NCBI GenBank assembly: GCA_014905635.1
Contig: JABVCE010000003.1
Span: 930,001 to 994,000, forward strand
From: Scenedesmus sp. PABB004
Taxonomy: Eukaryota
Reading direction: 5' to 3'
DNA: 64,000 nucleotides
Below, one piece after another: positions 1-10,688 of this stretch (within the stretch, counting starts at the first letter, position 1; the number at the start of each line of letters is the position of its first letter). Position numbers and translations under genes: made by a program. The notes below the pieces were generated by a model. The model had not been told where the DNA came from. It searched no databases and saw only the letters and a program-made list of their open reading frames with translations.

Positions 1-1613
1 GCCGCCGCTCCGCCTCCTTGGCGGCCGCCGCGTCGGCCGCGGCGCGCGCGCCCGCCGCGTCGGCGGCGGCGCGCGCGGCCGCGAGCGCGGCCGCGCTTCG
101 CGCCTCGGCCGCGGCGAGGAGGCCTTCGAAGTAGGCCCGCTGGCTGTCGAGCTGCGTGGTCAGCAGGTAGTTGTACTCGGTCGTGATGGCGTCCAGCTTG
201 CTGCTCACAATGACGTCCTTGACCTGCTGCGCCTCGTCAGCGCACACCGGGCAGCCTGCGGCCGCGCCGCCGCAGTCGCCGGCGCCGTCGTCGCCGTCGT
301 CGTCGCCGTCGCCGCCGGCGGCGCCGCCCGCGCCGCCGCTCGAGCACGCGCCGTCTCCCGGCGGCGGCGCGGAGCCGCCGCTGCGCGCGCGCGCCAGGTG
401 GTGGCGCCGCTGCTGCGCGGGGCTGCCGTGGCTGCACGCGGGCGCGGGCGACGGCACCTCCACCAGCTTGCCGTCCGTCTTGGACTGGATCAGCCTGCCC
501 GCCCGGCGCGGCGCGGGGCACGGCGCGGCGGTGGGCGCGCTGCGGTGACCGCGCCGCGGCTGCACCGTCTTTGCCGCGCCGCGCCGCGCGCCCGCACCGG
601 TGCACGTAGCCGTCGCCCGCGTAGTCCCACACGCGCTGCGTCTCCAGCTCCAGCGCGTAGCAGTGCGCCGACTCCTGCCAGTGGTCCGACGCGTGGCCCT
701 GCTTGTACCTGCGGCGCGGCACAGCTCGGGGTGACGCCGCCGTCGCGTGCGCGGCGGCGCGCGCGCGCGCGCTCGCTGCCATGGGCCGCGTGCGGGCCGC
801 TGCGGCGCGCCGCCGCGCCGCGCAGGGGCGCATGCGCTGCGCGCGCACCTGCCGCAGCCCACGTGGCCGCAGATGAGGCAGATCCAGAGGTTCTGCCCCG
901 TCCCGCACGCGGCGCAGCGCGACGTCGGCGCGGCGCTGCCGGCGAGCATGCAGTAGCGGCACACGGGGCAGGAGGTGTCGCCCCAGCGCTTGAGGCACTC
1001 GCCGTGGAAGCGGTGGTTGCACACCTGGCCGCGCCGCCGCCGGGGCGCGGCGGCGGGGGGCGCGGGGCGGTGCGCGTGCGCGGGCGGCGCACGTGTGCGC
1101 GGGCGGCGGCGTGGAGCGGGGCGCCACGGCGCGCGGCGGGGGACGGCCGCCGCACCGTGGTGACCACGCCGCTGATGTGCTCGTCGAGGCGCTCCAGGCA
1201 CACGGGGCAGGTGGGCAGCTCGGTCGTGCCCGGCGGCGGCTCCAGCCACAGCAGCGCTGCCGCGGCGGCGGGGGCGACCGCGACCGCGCCGCTGGCCACG
1301 AGCGCGCCGCCGCCGCCGCCGCCGCCGCCGCCGGACCGCGGCGAGCCGGGCAGGCCGGACGCGGCCGCAGCCGCATAGCTCTGCTGCCCGCCCTCGCCCG
1401 CGCGCGGCGACGCGGCGGGGGCCTCGCCCCTGCCGCCGCCCTTGCTGCTGCTGCTGCCGCCGCCGCTGCTGCCGCTGCTGACGCGCTCCTTGCCGTTGGC
1501 CTGCCCGCCGGGCTCGCTCGCTGCCGCCGGCCGCTCAGCGTCTGCTCTGCTGCCCTGCTCCGCCGGCATGCCGCCGGCGGCCTCCGCTTTGCTGCTGCTG
1601 CTCGCGGGACTGC

Positions 1614-1647
<34 letters not shown>

Positions 1648-2593
1648 CGCCGCGAGCGCGGGCCGGCCGCGCGTCGACACGACCTCGACGCTGCGCACAA
1701 ACACCAGCCTGCGCGGGCGGGCGCGCGCGCGCGCGCGCTCGGCGCGCCGCCGCGCCCCGTGCCCCGCGCAGCTGCGCCCCGCGCCCCGCGCCCCGCGCCC
1801 CGCGCCCCGCGCCCCGCGCCCCGCGCCGCCGCGCCCCTGCGCCGCTGCGCCGCCGCGCCTGCAGGGGATGTCCGGCTCGAGGCTGGAGAAGGGCAGGCCG
1901 TTGAAGTCGGCGTGGAACGCCTCGGCCTTGTCGGGCGACGGGAAGGTCAGCAGCACCATGCACACGCTCGGCTGCGTGCCCTCGCGCCGCAGCACCTGCG
2001 CGCGGCGCGGCGCGCGGCGCTCGGCGGCGGCGCCGCGCCCGCGCGCCTGCTGCGCGGGGCCGCCCGCCCGCCTCGCCCCACCCCGCGCGGCCCGCCATTG
2101 CGCGCGTCTCCCGGCGCGCCTGGATGGCGGCGACCTCGCTGAGATAGGCGCCGATGAAGGTGCAGAAGTGCGCGACGCTCATGTCGGCGGGGATCGCGAG
2201 GCAGCACACCGTGGAGCTGGCGCCGCCGCCGTCGTCCTCCTGCGCCGCGCCGCACGCGCCGGGCCAGCCGGCTCGGCGCGCGCCGCGCGCCGCGCAGCGG
2301 CAGCAGCGGCAGTGGCGCGCCGCCGCGCGCCGGAGCCCGCCGCGGCGCGCACGCACCCGGTCGCCTGGAGGCGTGCCCGGCAGCGCTCCCGCCGGCGGCG
2401 CGGCGCCGTAGGCGGGCGCGTTGCGCTTGTAGAGGTGGACGAGGCCGGAGATGTGCTCCACCCGCGGGTTGCCGAAGCTGAAGCTCACGCACTCGCTCTC
2501 CAGCGGGCCCCGGAAGACCTCCTGGTAGCCCCCGTCGTCGCTGTGCAGCTCCGCCATCGCGCGCGACGCGGCCTCGACGCGGATCGTGTACAT
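1..2593 (-). CDS. BRAP: BRCA1-associated protein BRAP2/ETP1-like RING + zf-UBP E3 ligase (multi-exon, 3' end runs off the window)
   Basis: ATG at 2593 (MYTIRVE...[19 protein letters not shown]). BRAP2 domain: [81 protein letters not shown]. zf-[38 protein letters not shown]. Coiled-coil tail: [18 protein letters not shown]. Confidence 0.93.
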
Positions 2594-3024
2594 CGCGCGC
2601 CTAGCGCGCGCCCATGGCGCTGTCGGAGGCCCACCGAGCGCCGCCGACGCGTGCGCGAGGGCGCCCGGGCCCGGCTCTGGCTTGACGAGCGGCGGGGCAG
2701 CGGGACGCGGCGCTGCGGCGCCGCCGCGCTGTGCCCTGGCGAGTAACAGGCCGCGCTGGGGCCACCCGGCACCGCACGGCGCTCTCCCGGCCACACACAG
2801 CGCTGCGCAGCGGCAGCGGAACAGCAGCCGCGCCGCGCCGCGCGCAGCAGCAGCAGCGGCGCGCCCGCCGCAACCGCCGCGGCAGGGGGCGGCCGGGCTT
2901 TTCCCTCCGGCGGGGCCGTCGCCGCGCCGATATCCCGGGGCTGGGGCGGCGGGGCGGCGTGAGCGGCCGCGTGTGCGGCCCGGGGCGGCGAGCAGCGGCG
3001 CCGGTGCGCCGACCCCCAGCAGCG

Positions 3025-5277
3025 ATGAGCGCGGTGAGCGTCCCCGCGGCGTTCAAGAAGCTGGTGCTGCTGCTGGGCCACATGTTTTACAACGGCCAGT
3101 GCCCGCCCGCGTGGTGGGTCGACGCGAACGAGCCGAAGAAGCCCGAGACCGAGGCGGAGGCGGAGGCGGCGCTGCTGTCAGAGGAGAAGAAGGCCAGCCA
3201 GCTCGCGCGCGAGGCGAAGAAGAGGCAGCAGGCACGCGGGCCAGGGGGGGGGCAGGGAGGCGGTAGCGGCAGGGGAGGGCGGCCCCGCCGGCGGCGGCGG
3301 CGGCGGCAGCGGGGCAGACGGCGGCGGCGGCACTGGGCTCATGCGCCTGCGCACGCGCCCGCGCCCGCGCAGCAAGACACCACCGGCCTGGGCATCGTGC
3401 TGCTGACCGCGCTCGTGGAGCGGCAGTGGGTGGAGGAGGACGAGCTGGCCAAGAGCCTCAACCTGCACCACAAGATGGTGCGCCGCGCGATGCGCTACTT
3501 TGAGCAGGAGCAGCTGGTGCAGCGCGAGCACAAGAAGGAGAGCAAGCGCGTGCGGCGCAAGGAGAAGGAGATGCTGCTCGCCGCGGGGCTGCGCGAGGCG
3601 CGCGCCGCGGGCGGCGGTGCCGGCGCCGCGGCGGCGGCCGCGGCCGCGGCGGCTGCGGCGTCCCAGGCGGCGGCAGCCGAGGAGGAGGAGGACGAGGACG
3701 AGCTCATGGGCAAGGGCCACGTCATCAGCTACGCTGCGCTCGACTACCCACGCATCGTCGACAGCGTGCGCTGGCGCGTCACGATGGTGCGCAAGAACCT
3801 GCAGGTGCGCGCGGCGCGGCGCGCCGCGCCGCGCCGCGGCGCGGCGCGGCGCCGGCGTGTGGCCGCCGTCCCTCGTCGCCGCCGCCACGGCCGAGCGCGC
3901 GCCCGCCGCCGCCCGCAGCGCGAGGTGCGGGGCGGCAGCACGCTCCAGAAGTACAAGTGCCCCAACGCCGCGTGCGGCAAAGCGTACGACAGCATGGACG
4001 TGTTTGAGCTCATGCCCACGCCCGGCAGCGGCGGCGGGCAGCTGCAGTGCGGCATCTGCAACACCGAGATCGAAATGGTCCTTGACGACGCCGGCACGCA
4101 GCTCGGCAGCATGGCAGACAAGAAGGAGCGCATCCGGGTGCGCGGCGCGGCGCGGCGCCGCGCAGCGCGGCGCGGCACGCCCGCGCCGGCGGCGGCGCGG
4201 GCCGAGCGCGCCGCCGCGCGCCGCGGTGCGCGCAGAAAGCGCGCGACATGCTGGAGGGCTTTGAGTCGTCGATGGCGCCGCTGCTGCGCCAGCTCGAGGC
4301 GATCGAGGGCCTGCACCCGCCCGACTTCAACACATACAACGCCTGGCTGCTCAATGAGGTCGCCGTCAAGCAGCGCCTCGCCCGTGAGCCACACGCACGA
4401 CCGCGCGGCGCGGCGCGCCGCGGCGCAGGGCGGGGCGGGGCGCCGCGGGGGAGGGCGGCGGGCGGGCGGGGCGGCGCCGCGCGCCGCGCGCCGCGCCGGC
4501 GCGGCCCGACGCGCGCGCGCCCGCGCCGCCTGCCCGCGCCGCGCGGCAGACATGGCGCAGCAGGAGGCGGCGGGCCCGCCGCGGCCGGGTGGCGCGGCGC
4601 CGGCGCCGGTCTTCACAACCAGCACCAAGGTCGTGCTCAGCTTTGGCGACGCCGCGCCCGGCGCGCCCAAGCCGGGCGGCGCGGGCGGCGCGGGCAGCAG
4701 CGCGGCGGCGGCCGCCGCCGCGGGCGGCGTGCCGGGCAGCGCGGCGGGCGGCGCGGCGCCGCCCGGCGCGCCGGGCCTGCCCGGGCGGGGCGCTGCGGGC
4801 GCCGCGGCCGCGACGCCCGGCGCCAGCAGCAAGCCGCTGCCGCCGTGGCTGGCGTCGCGCGTGCAGGCGGCGGCCGCGGCCAAGCCCGTCCCGCCCTGGC
4901 TGGCGTCGACGTACAAGCAGCAGCAGCAGCCGGGCGGCGGCGCCCCGGCGGGGCAGCCGGAGCAGGGCCCGGACGGCGGGCTGTCTGGCGGTCTGAAGCT
5001 GGACGCCGGCGGCGCGCTGGGCCTCAAGCTCGACCCGGGCGCCTTCAAGGCGGAGGGCGGCGTGAAGCTCGACCCCGCGGTCAAGCCCGACCCGGGCTGG
5101 GAGGGCCAGGGCGGCGGCGAGGAGCAGGAGGACGACTGGGAGGCCGTGCCGCCCAGCAGTGGCGGCGGCGGCGGCTCGCAGGCGGCGGACGCAGGCGCGC
5201 CAGGCGCGGCGGCCGCCGCCGGCGGCGGCGGTGTCGGCGCGGACGACGGCGAGGACGAGGACTGGGAGGACGTGTAG
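3025..5277 (+). CDS. GTF2E1: Transcription initiation factor TFIIE alpha subunit (multi-exon)
   Basis: Winged-helix segment WVEEDELAKSLNLHHKMVRRAMRYFE, then LDYPRIVDSVRWR, a Zn ribbon YKCPNAACGKAYDSMD...CGICNTE, and the acidic terminus EDEDWEDV typical of TFIIE-alpha. Confidence 0.9.
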   Translation: MSAVSVPAAFKKLVLLLGHMFYNGQCPPAWWVDANEPKKPETEAEAEAALLSEEKKASQLAREAKKRQQARGPGGGQGGGSGRGGRPRRRRRRRQRGRRRRRHWAHAPAHAPAPAQQDTTGLGIVLLTALVERQWVEEDELAKSLNLHHKMVRRAMRYFEQEQLVQREHKKESKRVRRKEKEMLLAAGLREARAAGGGAGAAAAAAAAAAAASQAAAAEEEEDEDELMGKGHVISYAALDYPRIVDSVRWRVTMVRKNLQVRAARRAAPRRGAARRRRVAAVPRRRRHGRARARRRPQREVRGGSTLQKYKCPNAACGKAYDSMDVFELMPTPGSGGGQLQCGICNTEIEMVLDDAGTQLGSMADKKERIRVRGAARRRAARRGTPAPAAARAERAAARRGARRKRATCWRALSRRWRRCCASSRRSRACTRPTSTHTTPGCSMRSPSSSASPVSHTHDRAARRAAAQGGAGRRGGGRRAGGAAPRAARRAGAARRARARAACPRRAADMAQQEAAGPPRPGGAAPAPVFTTSTKVVLSFGDAAPGAPKPGGAGGAGSSAAAAAAAGGVPGSAAGGAAPPGAPGLPGRGAAGAAAATPGASSKPLPPWLASRVQAAAAAKPVPPWLASTYKQQQQPGGGAPAGQPEQGPDGGLSGGLKLDAGGALGLKLDPGAFKAEGGVKLDPAVKPDPGWEGQGGGEEQEDDWEAVPPSSGGGGGSQAADAGAPGAAAAAGGGGVGADDGEDEDWEDV

Positions 5278-5375
5278 GCGCGTGTAGGCGCGGCTGCGAG
5301 CGAGCTGGCGGCGCCCGTTCGAGCTCGTGCGCGCTCGAAAAGCGCGCACTTGAACCGTGGCCGTCTGTCAGACGA

Positions 5376-6896
5376 CCGCGCACGCGCCTCAAAAAGCCCC
5401 CACCGCCCCGCGTCAGCCCAGGACCCCCGCCCCCGCTTCCTCCTGCGCCCCACACGCCCACCCACGAGCAGCGCGCACGCGCCCGCCCCCGCGCCGACGG
5501 CTCGGCGGGAGTCCCGCCCACGCCGCGCTCGAGCCGCGCCGCGACCCACCCGCGGTCGCCGTCGACGCCTCACGCCATCGACGCGCCACGGGTGCGGCGC
5601 GGGACGCTGCGGGGGGGCGCAGGGCGGTGTGCGGCCGCCGCGCTGCGCAAACGCGTGCTGCTCGCCAGATCGCCCCAGCCGCACCCACGCGGCCGGCCGG
5701 CCCGCCCCGAGCTGCCTGACCGCACCCTCAACCGGCCCCAGCTGCTGGCGCGGCGCGCACGGGCCAGGCGGCGCCGCGGCGGCACGCGCGCAGCACCAAC
5801 CGCGCTCACCGCCCGCCGCCGGCAGGGCGCCACTCCTTGAGCGTGCCTCGCCTCCCAGGCTCCTCCTCGGTCTCCCACCGCACACCGATCATGACCCGGC
5901 TCGCCGCCGCCCCGCGCTCGCTGGCGGTGCTGGCCACCGCCGCGGTGCTGATGCTGCTGGCCGCCGCGCCCGCGGCCGCTGACGAGTGGACCTGGGGGCG
6001 GGGCACCTTCTACGACGACAACGGCCAGGGCTCATGCCACATGTACAACAACATTCCAGAGTGGTGCGGCCGCGCGCACACGCGCGTGTCCCCGCGCCCG
6101 GCGCGGCGCAAGCTTAGAGCGGCGGCCGCTGCTTGGCAGCCTGGCGCGCGCACGCGCCCCACACGCTGCAGCTGCCTGACCTCGCCCCGCCGCCCGCAAT
6201 GGCAGGTACGCGGCCTGGCCAGATACCCTCACGGGCTTTGCGGGCTCCTGCGGGTGCGCCGCCAGCGCCACGCAAGCATATGCTTGCGCACGCACGCTGC
6301 ACGCCGCCGCGCGGGCTCTGCGCCAGCCCCGGCCCGCACCCCGCCGCCGCTGCCCTGCTGCCCCTCGTCGCGCCTGAACTTGCAGGACGTGCATCGAGAT
6401 CGCCTGCCGCGATGCGGACTTCACCGACGGCTACGGCGCGCGGGTCAAGCGCAGCGGCGCCTGCAAAGACAAGTCGCGCACCGTGCGCGTCAAGATTACG
6501 GACAGGTGGCGCGCCGCTGTCCCTTACGAATGTGCTCGCGCACGCGCGACCAGTTGTGCACGCGCTGCACGGCGGGCCGCCACCACCGCGGCGCGCGCGC
6601 GCGCCAACGCGCGCTGCCGCGCCCCGCGCGGCTGCCGCCGCGTCGCGCAGCTGCCCCTGCGTGCACCAGAACTACTACTCCAACAAGCGCTGGTGCTGCG
6701 GCGACATGGCCCACATCGACATGGGGCGCAAGGCCTTTGCGCAGGTGCGCGCGCGCGGCTGCCAGCGCGCGCGGCAGCGCTGCCAGCCGCCCGCGCCCCG
6801 CCGCTCAGCCGTCGCCCGCCACCGCGCCGCGCGCGCAGCTGGCGGACGAGGCCAACGGCGTGATCGGCATCAAGTGGCGGCGCGTGAGCTGCGACA
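5376..6896 (+). repeat. Copy 1 of a ~1.5 kb direct segmental duplication (upstream region plus expansin-like gene); copy 2 is at ~9218-10688
   Basis: Direct comparison of 5401-5890 with 9241-9730 shows 4 mismatches. Similarity continues through exons and introns to ...cgcgtgagctgcgaca. Confidence 0.97.
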
Positions 6897-6919
6897 AGCT
6901 GGGTCCACAGCACCTGTGA
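5891..6919 (+). CDS. Secreted expansin-like DPBB (RlpA/GH45-like) protein, copy 1, 5 exons
   Basis: Signal peptide MTRLAAAPRSLAVLATAAVLMLLAAAPAAA. Spliced protein: WTWGRGTFYD..GSC / YAAWPD..GSCG / TCIEIAC...VRVKITD / CPC..NYYSNKRWCCGDMAHIDM...AFAQ / LAD..GVIGIKWRRVSC. These are expansin domain-1 motifs, with HID in place of HFD. Confidence 0.88.
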   Translation: MTRLAAAPRSLAVLATAAVLMLLAAAPAAADEWTWGRGTFYDDNGQGSCHMYNNIPEWCGRAHTRVSPRPARRKLRAAAAAWQPGARTRPTRCSCLTSPRRPQWQVRGLARYPHGLCGLLRVRRQRHASICLRTHAARRRAGSAPAPARTPPPLPCCPSSRLNLQDVHRDRLPRCGLHRRLRRAGQAQRRLQRQVAHRARQDYGQVARRCPLRMCSRTRDQLCTRCTAGRHHRGARARQRALPRPARLPPRRAAAPACTRTTTPTSAGAAATWPTSTWGARPLRRCARAAASARGSAASRPRPAAQPSPATAPRAQLADEANGVIGIKWRRVSCDKLGPQHL

Positions 6920-7152
6920 GTGAGCACGCGCGCGCGGCGCACGCTGCGCGTGGCGAGTGACCCGGCCGGAAGCCAAACGAACGGTCTCTGCTGCTGTGCT
7001 GTGCGCGTGACTTGTGAACCCAACCTCTCTCTCGTGGGCGTGTGCGCGCGAGTGGCGCGCGGATGCTCGCCCCTTGACCGCGGCAGCGTGAGGCGAAGAA
7101 GTGATGGTGCTTGACCCCAGGCGTGCGCGCGTGGTCGTCCGGGGGAGCTCTC

Positions 7153-7157
7153 TGTAA
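7153..7157 (+). promoter_or_regulatory. TGTAA polyadenylation signal of expansin-like copy 1
   Basis: TGTAA, the canonical chlorophyte poly(A) signal, about 235 nt after the stop at 6919. Confidence 0.6.
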
Positions 7158-7502
7158 CAGGGCCCGCCCCTGCGCCACGGCCACGCCAGGAAGCCCGCCC
7201 TGCGTCGCCAGCGTCGCGACGGCTGCCAGCCTGGCCGCCTGCCGCCGCAGGCCGCGTGTATGCGCCGGCGCCGCGCCGCAGCGCCCACACTAACGAGCCC
7301 ACCCTCCTTAGCAGCACGCATTTTATCCCCTGCACTGCACTGCCTGCATTCGCGCGCAGGAGAGCTCAACCAACTTTTTGCAGGACGGCCCGCACCGCGC
7401 ACCGCACCGCCATTCGAGCAGCTCGTTTTTATCTGCGGCGTGCGGTCATCGTGCACGCGCAGCAGTTTTGCCTCTCGTGGCCGTGCTACCGCAGCACTGC
7501 CC

Positions 7503-9153
7503 ATGGCGCCGCGCCGGGCGGCGGTTGCGCTCATGCTGCTGCTCGGCCTGCCGGCAGGCCTTGGCCAGACGGACAGCGCCGCGGGAGAGGCTCAGCCAAT
7601 CACCTGCCCCGACCTCGGCACGAGCGTATGCCCGCCCGGGTGCGCGCGCCTGCGCGCGCGCTGTGTGCCGAGTGGGCGCCGCGGCGCGGCGCCAGCCACG
7701 CCCACCGCCCTGCCGCGCGCCGCGGCATCGCAGGCCCAACAGCCCCGGCGCGGGCGCGTCAAAGGAGCTGCCCGCCACCGACGAGCTGTCGGCCGCGGCT
7801 GCGCAGCTCACGGGCGCGGCGCCGGCGGCCGGGCCGGACCAGGCGAGCGCGGCAGCCAGCGAGCTGCCGAGGCGCGTGCCGCTGGACGACCCGGCGGGCG
7901 AGGGCGGCCCGCGGGGCGAGGAGTACGAGTCGCCCGCGCGCCGGGCGGCCATTGTCGAGCGGCTGCGCGCGCTGCTGGCCGCGGACGGCGGCGACGCCGG
8001 CGCCGGCGGCAGCGACGGCGGGCTGAGCTGCCCCCCGGCGCCGGAGCCGCTGCCGGCGCTGCCTGAGCTGCCGGCGCCGCCCGAGGCCGGCCCCGCGCCG
8101 GAGCCGCCCTACAGCGGGCCCCGCAGCGAGGTGATTCGCCACCTGGCCTTCCTGAACAGTTCCGCCGTGACGGCGGGCGTGGACGTGTGGAAGGCTGGCA
8201 CGCTGAGCTGGCTGTCCAGCGACTGCATGCCGGGCGCCTGGGCGGGCGCCAACCTGGTCAACGACTGGGACCAGGGCCGCCTCATCCAGCAGAGCTATTA
8301 CGGCTGCCCAGACGGCTCGTGCTGGGCTGGGAAGCACTGGATCTGGAACCCGGTGCAGGGCGGCAGCTGGGAGAACGCGCCGAGCGTCACCGTCACCGCC
8401 GAGGTCACGCCCGAGCGCATCTTCGCACGAGGCATCCCGCGGTGTGGCGCGGCGCAGCGCGGCGGGGCGCGGTGCTGCGCGGCGCCGGCGCGCGCTCGCC
8501 GCACGGCAGGCCGCCGCCGAGCGCGCCCGCGCGCGCCGTCGCCGGCGCCGCGTTGCAGGAATTGGGCGGGCCAGGAGCTGCTGCCCGAGGCGCTGATGGC
8601 CAGCGAGTTCACGCTGCAGGGCGGCATGGTAAGAGCGGACTTTACGCTGGACTACCGGGGGAACATCACGCACCGGGTGCGCCGCTTGCAGGACGCGCGG
8701 GCTTGCAGGACGGGCGCTCAGCGGCCGCGCCGGCGCGCGCGCGCGCAGGTCTCGCACCAGGAGGTGCCGGCCGTCTTTGTCGACCGCCGGCTGTCCGTGC
8801 TCGCGTACTACGCCGGCGACGCGCCCTGGACCGGCGACGCCAACCTGTCGTTCGCGTTCCCCCCGCTCGCAAACTCGTACGTACGCCCCACCGAGCGCTG
8901 GATCGCGTGGCTGGACCCCGAGTCGGGCGCAGGGCTGGGCATCTACCAGCCCGACGCGTCCGAGGGCGCCACAGCGTACCGCTACGGCCCCGACGGCAGC
9001 GACGCGCCGTGGCACACCAGCTACACGGCGATGCTGATCAAGGCGTCCATCTCGCCGGGCATGCCGCCGCTGCGCTACACGGCCTTCGTCGCCGCGGGCT
9101 ACCTCAGCGACATGCGCGCCGCGTTCCGCCGGCTCGCCGCCGCGAGGCGGTGA
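7503..9153 (+). CDS. Secreted protein of unknown function (Pro-rich linker plus aromatic-rich beta domain), about 4 exons
   Basis: Signal peptide MAPRRAAVALMLLLGLPAGLG and coding-like codon usage. Globular part: GTLSWLSS..NLVNDWDQGRLIQQSYYG..WIWNPVQGGSW...NWAGQELL...HQEVPAVFVDRRLSVLAYYAGDAPWTG...TERWIAW. Confidence 0.8.
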
Positions 9154-9217
9154 GGGGTCCGGGTCGCACGGTGAACCGCGCGCGCGCTTTTCAAAACCGC
9201 GCGCGACAGACCGCGCG

Positions 9218-10688
9218 CCGCGCACGCGCCTCAAAGCCCCCACCGCCCCGCGTCAGCCCAGGACCCCCGCCCCCGCTCCCTCCTGCGCCCCACACGCCCA
9301 CCCACGAGCAGCGCGCACGCGCCCGCCCCCGCGCCGACGGCTCGGCGGGAGTCCCGCCCACGCCGCGCTCGAGCCGCGCCGCGACCCACCCGCGGTCGCC
9401 GTCGACGCCTCACGCCATCGACGCGCCACGGGTGCGGCGCGGGACGCTGCGGGGGGGCGCAGGGCGGTGTGCGGCCGCCGCGCTGCGCAAACGCGTGCTG
9501 CTCGCCAGATCGCCCCAGCCGCGCCCACGCGGCCGGCCGGCCCGCCCCGAGCTGCCTGACCGCACCCTCAACCGGCCCCAGCTGCTGGCGCGGCGCGCAC
9601 GGGCCAGGCGGCGCCGCGGCGGCACGCGCGCAGCACCAACCGCGCTCACCGCCCGCCGCCGGCAGGGCGCCACTCCTTGAGCGTGCCTCGCCTCCCAGGC
9701 TCCTTCTCGGTCTCCCATCGCACACCGATCATGACCCTGCTCGCCGCCGCCCCGCGCTCGCTGGCGGTGCTGGCCGCCGCCGCGGTGCTGATGCTGCTGG
9801 CCGCCGCGCCCGCGGCCGCCGACGAGTGGACTTATGGCCGCATCACCTTCTACGATGACAACGGCCAGGGCGCCTGCCACATGTACAACAACATTCCAGA
9901 GTGGTGCGGCCGCGCGCGCACGCGCGTGTCCCCGCACCGGCCCGGCGCAAGCTTAGAGCGGCGGCCGCTGCTTGGCAGCCTGGCGCGCGCACGCGCCCCA
10001 CACGCTGCAGCTGCCTGACCTCACCCCGCCGCCCGCAATGGCAGGTACGCGGCCTGGCCAGATACCCTCGCGGGCTTTGCGGGCTCCTGCGGGTGCGCCG
10101 CCAGCGCCACGCAAGCATATGCTTGCGCACGCACGCCGCGCGGGCTCTGCGCCAGCCCCGGCCCGCACCCCGCCGCCGCTGCCCCGCCGCCCCCACCGCG
10201 CCTCAACTTGCAGAACGTGCATCGAGGTCGCCTGCCGCGACGCGGACTTCACCGACGGCTACGGCGCGCAGGTGCAGCGCAGCAGCGCCTGCCGCGACGA
10301 GTCACGCACCGTGCGCGTCAAGATCGTTGACAGGTGACATGGCGCGCCGCTGTCCCTCGCGCGTGCGACCAGTAGCGCCCTGCTGCACGGCGGGCTGCCA
10401 CCGCGCTGCCGCGCCCCGCGCGGCTGCCGCCGCGTCGCGCAGCTGCCCCTGCGTGCACCAGAACTACTACTCCAACAAGCGCTGGTGCTGCGGCGACATG
10501 GCCCACATCGACATGGGGCGCAAGGCCTTTGCGCAGGTGCGCGCGCGCGGCTGCCAGCGCGCGCGGCAGCGCTGCCAGCCGCCCGCGCCCCGCCGCTCAG
10601 CCGTCGCCCGCCACCGCGCCGCGCGCGCAGCTGGCGGACGAGGCCAACGGCGTGGTGGGCGCCAAGTGGCGGCGCGTGAGCTGCGACA
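9218..10688 (+). repeat. Copy 2 of the ~1.5 kb direct duplication
   Basis: Near-identical to 5376-6896; offset is about 3840 bp over the 5' part. Confidence 0.97.

Noticed and set aside
5376..5890. Repeated 500-bp upstream segment as a transposon, LTR or MITE
   Set aside because: No terminal inverted repeats, target-site duplication or TG..CA ends were seen, and the homology continues through the expansin gene, so it is a gene duplication.
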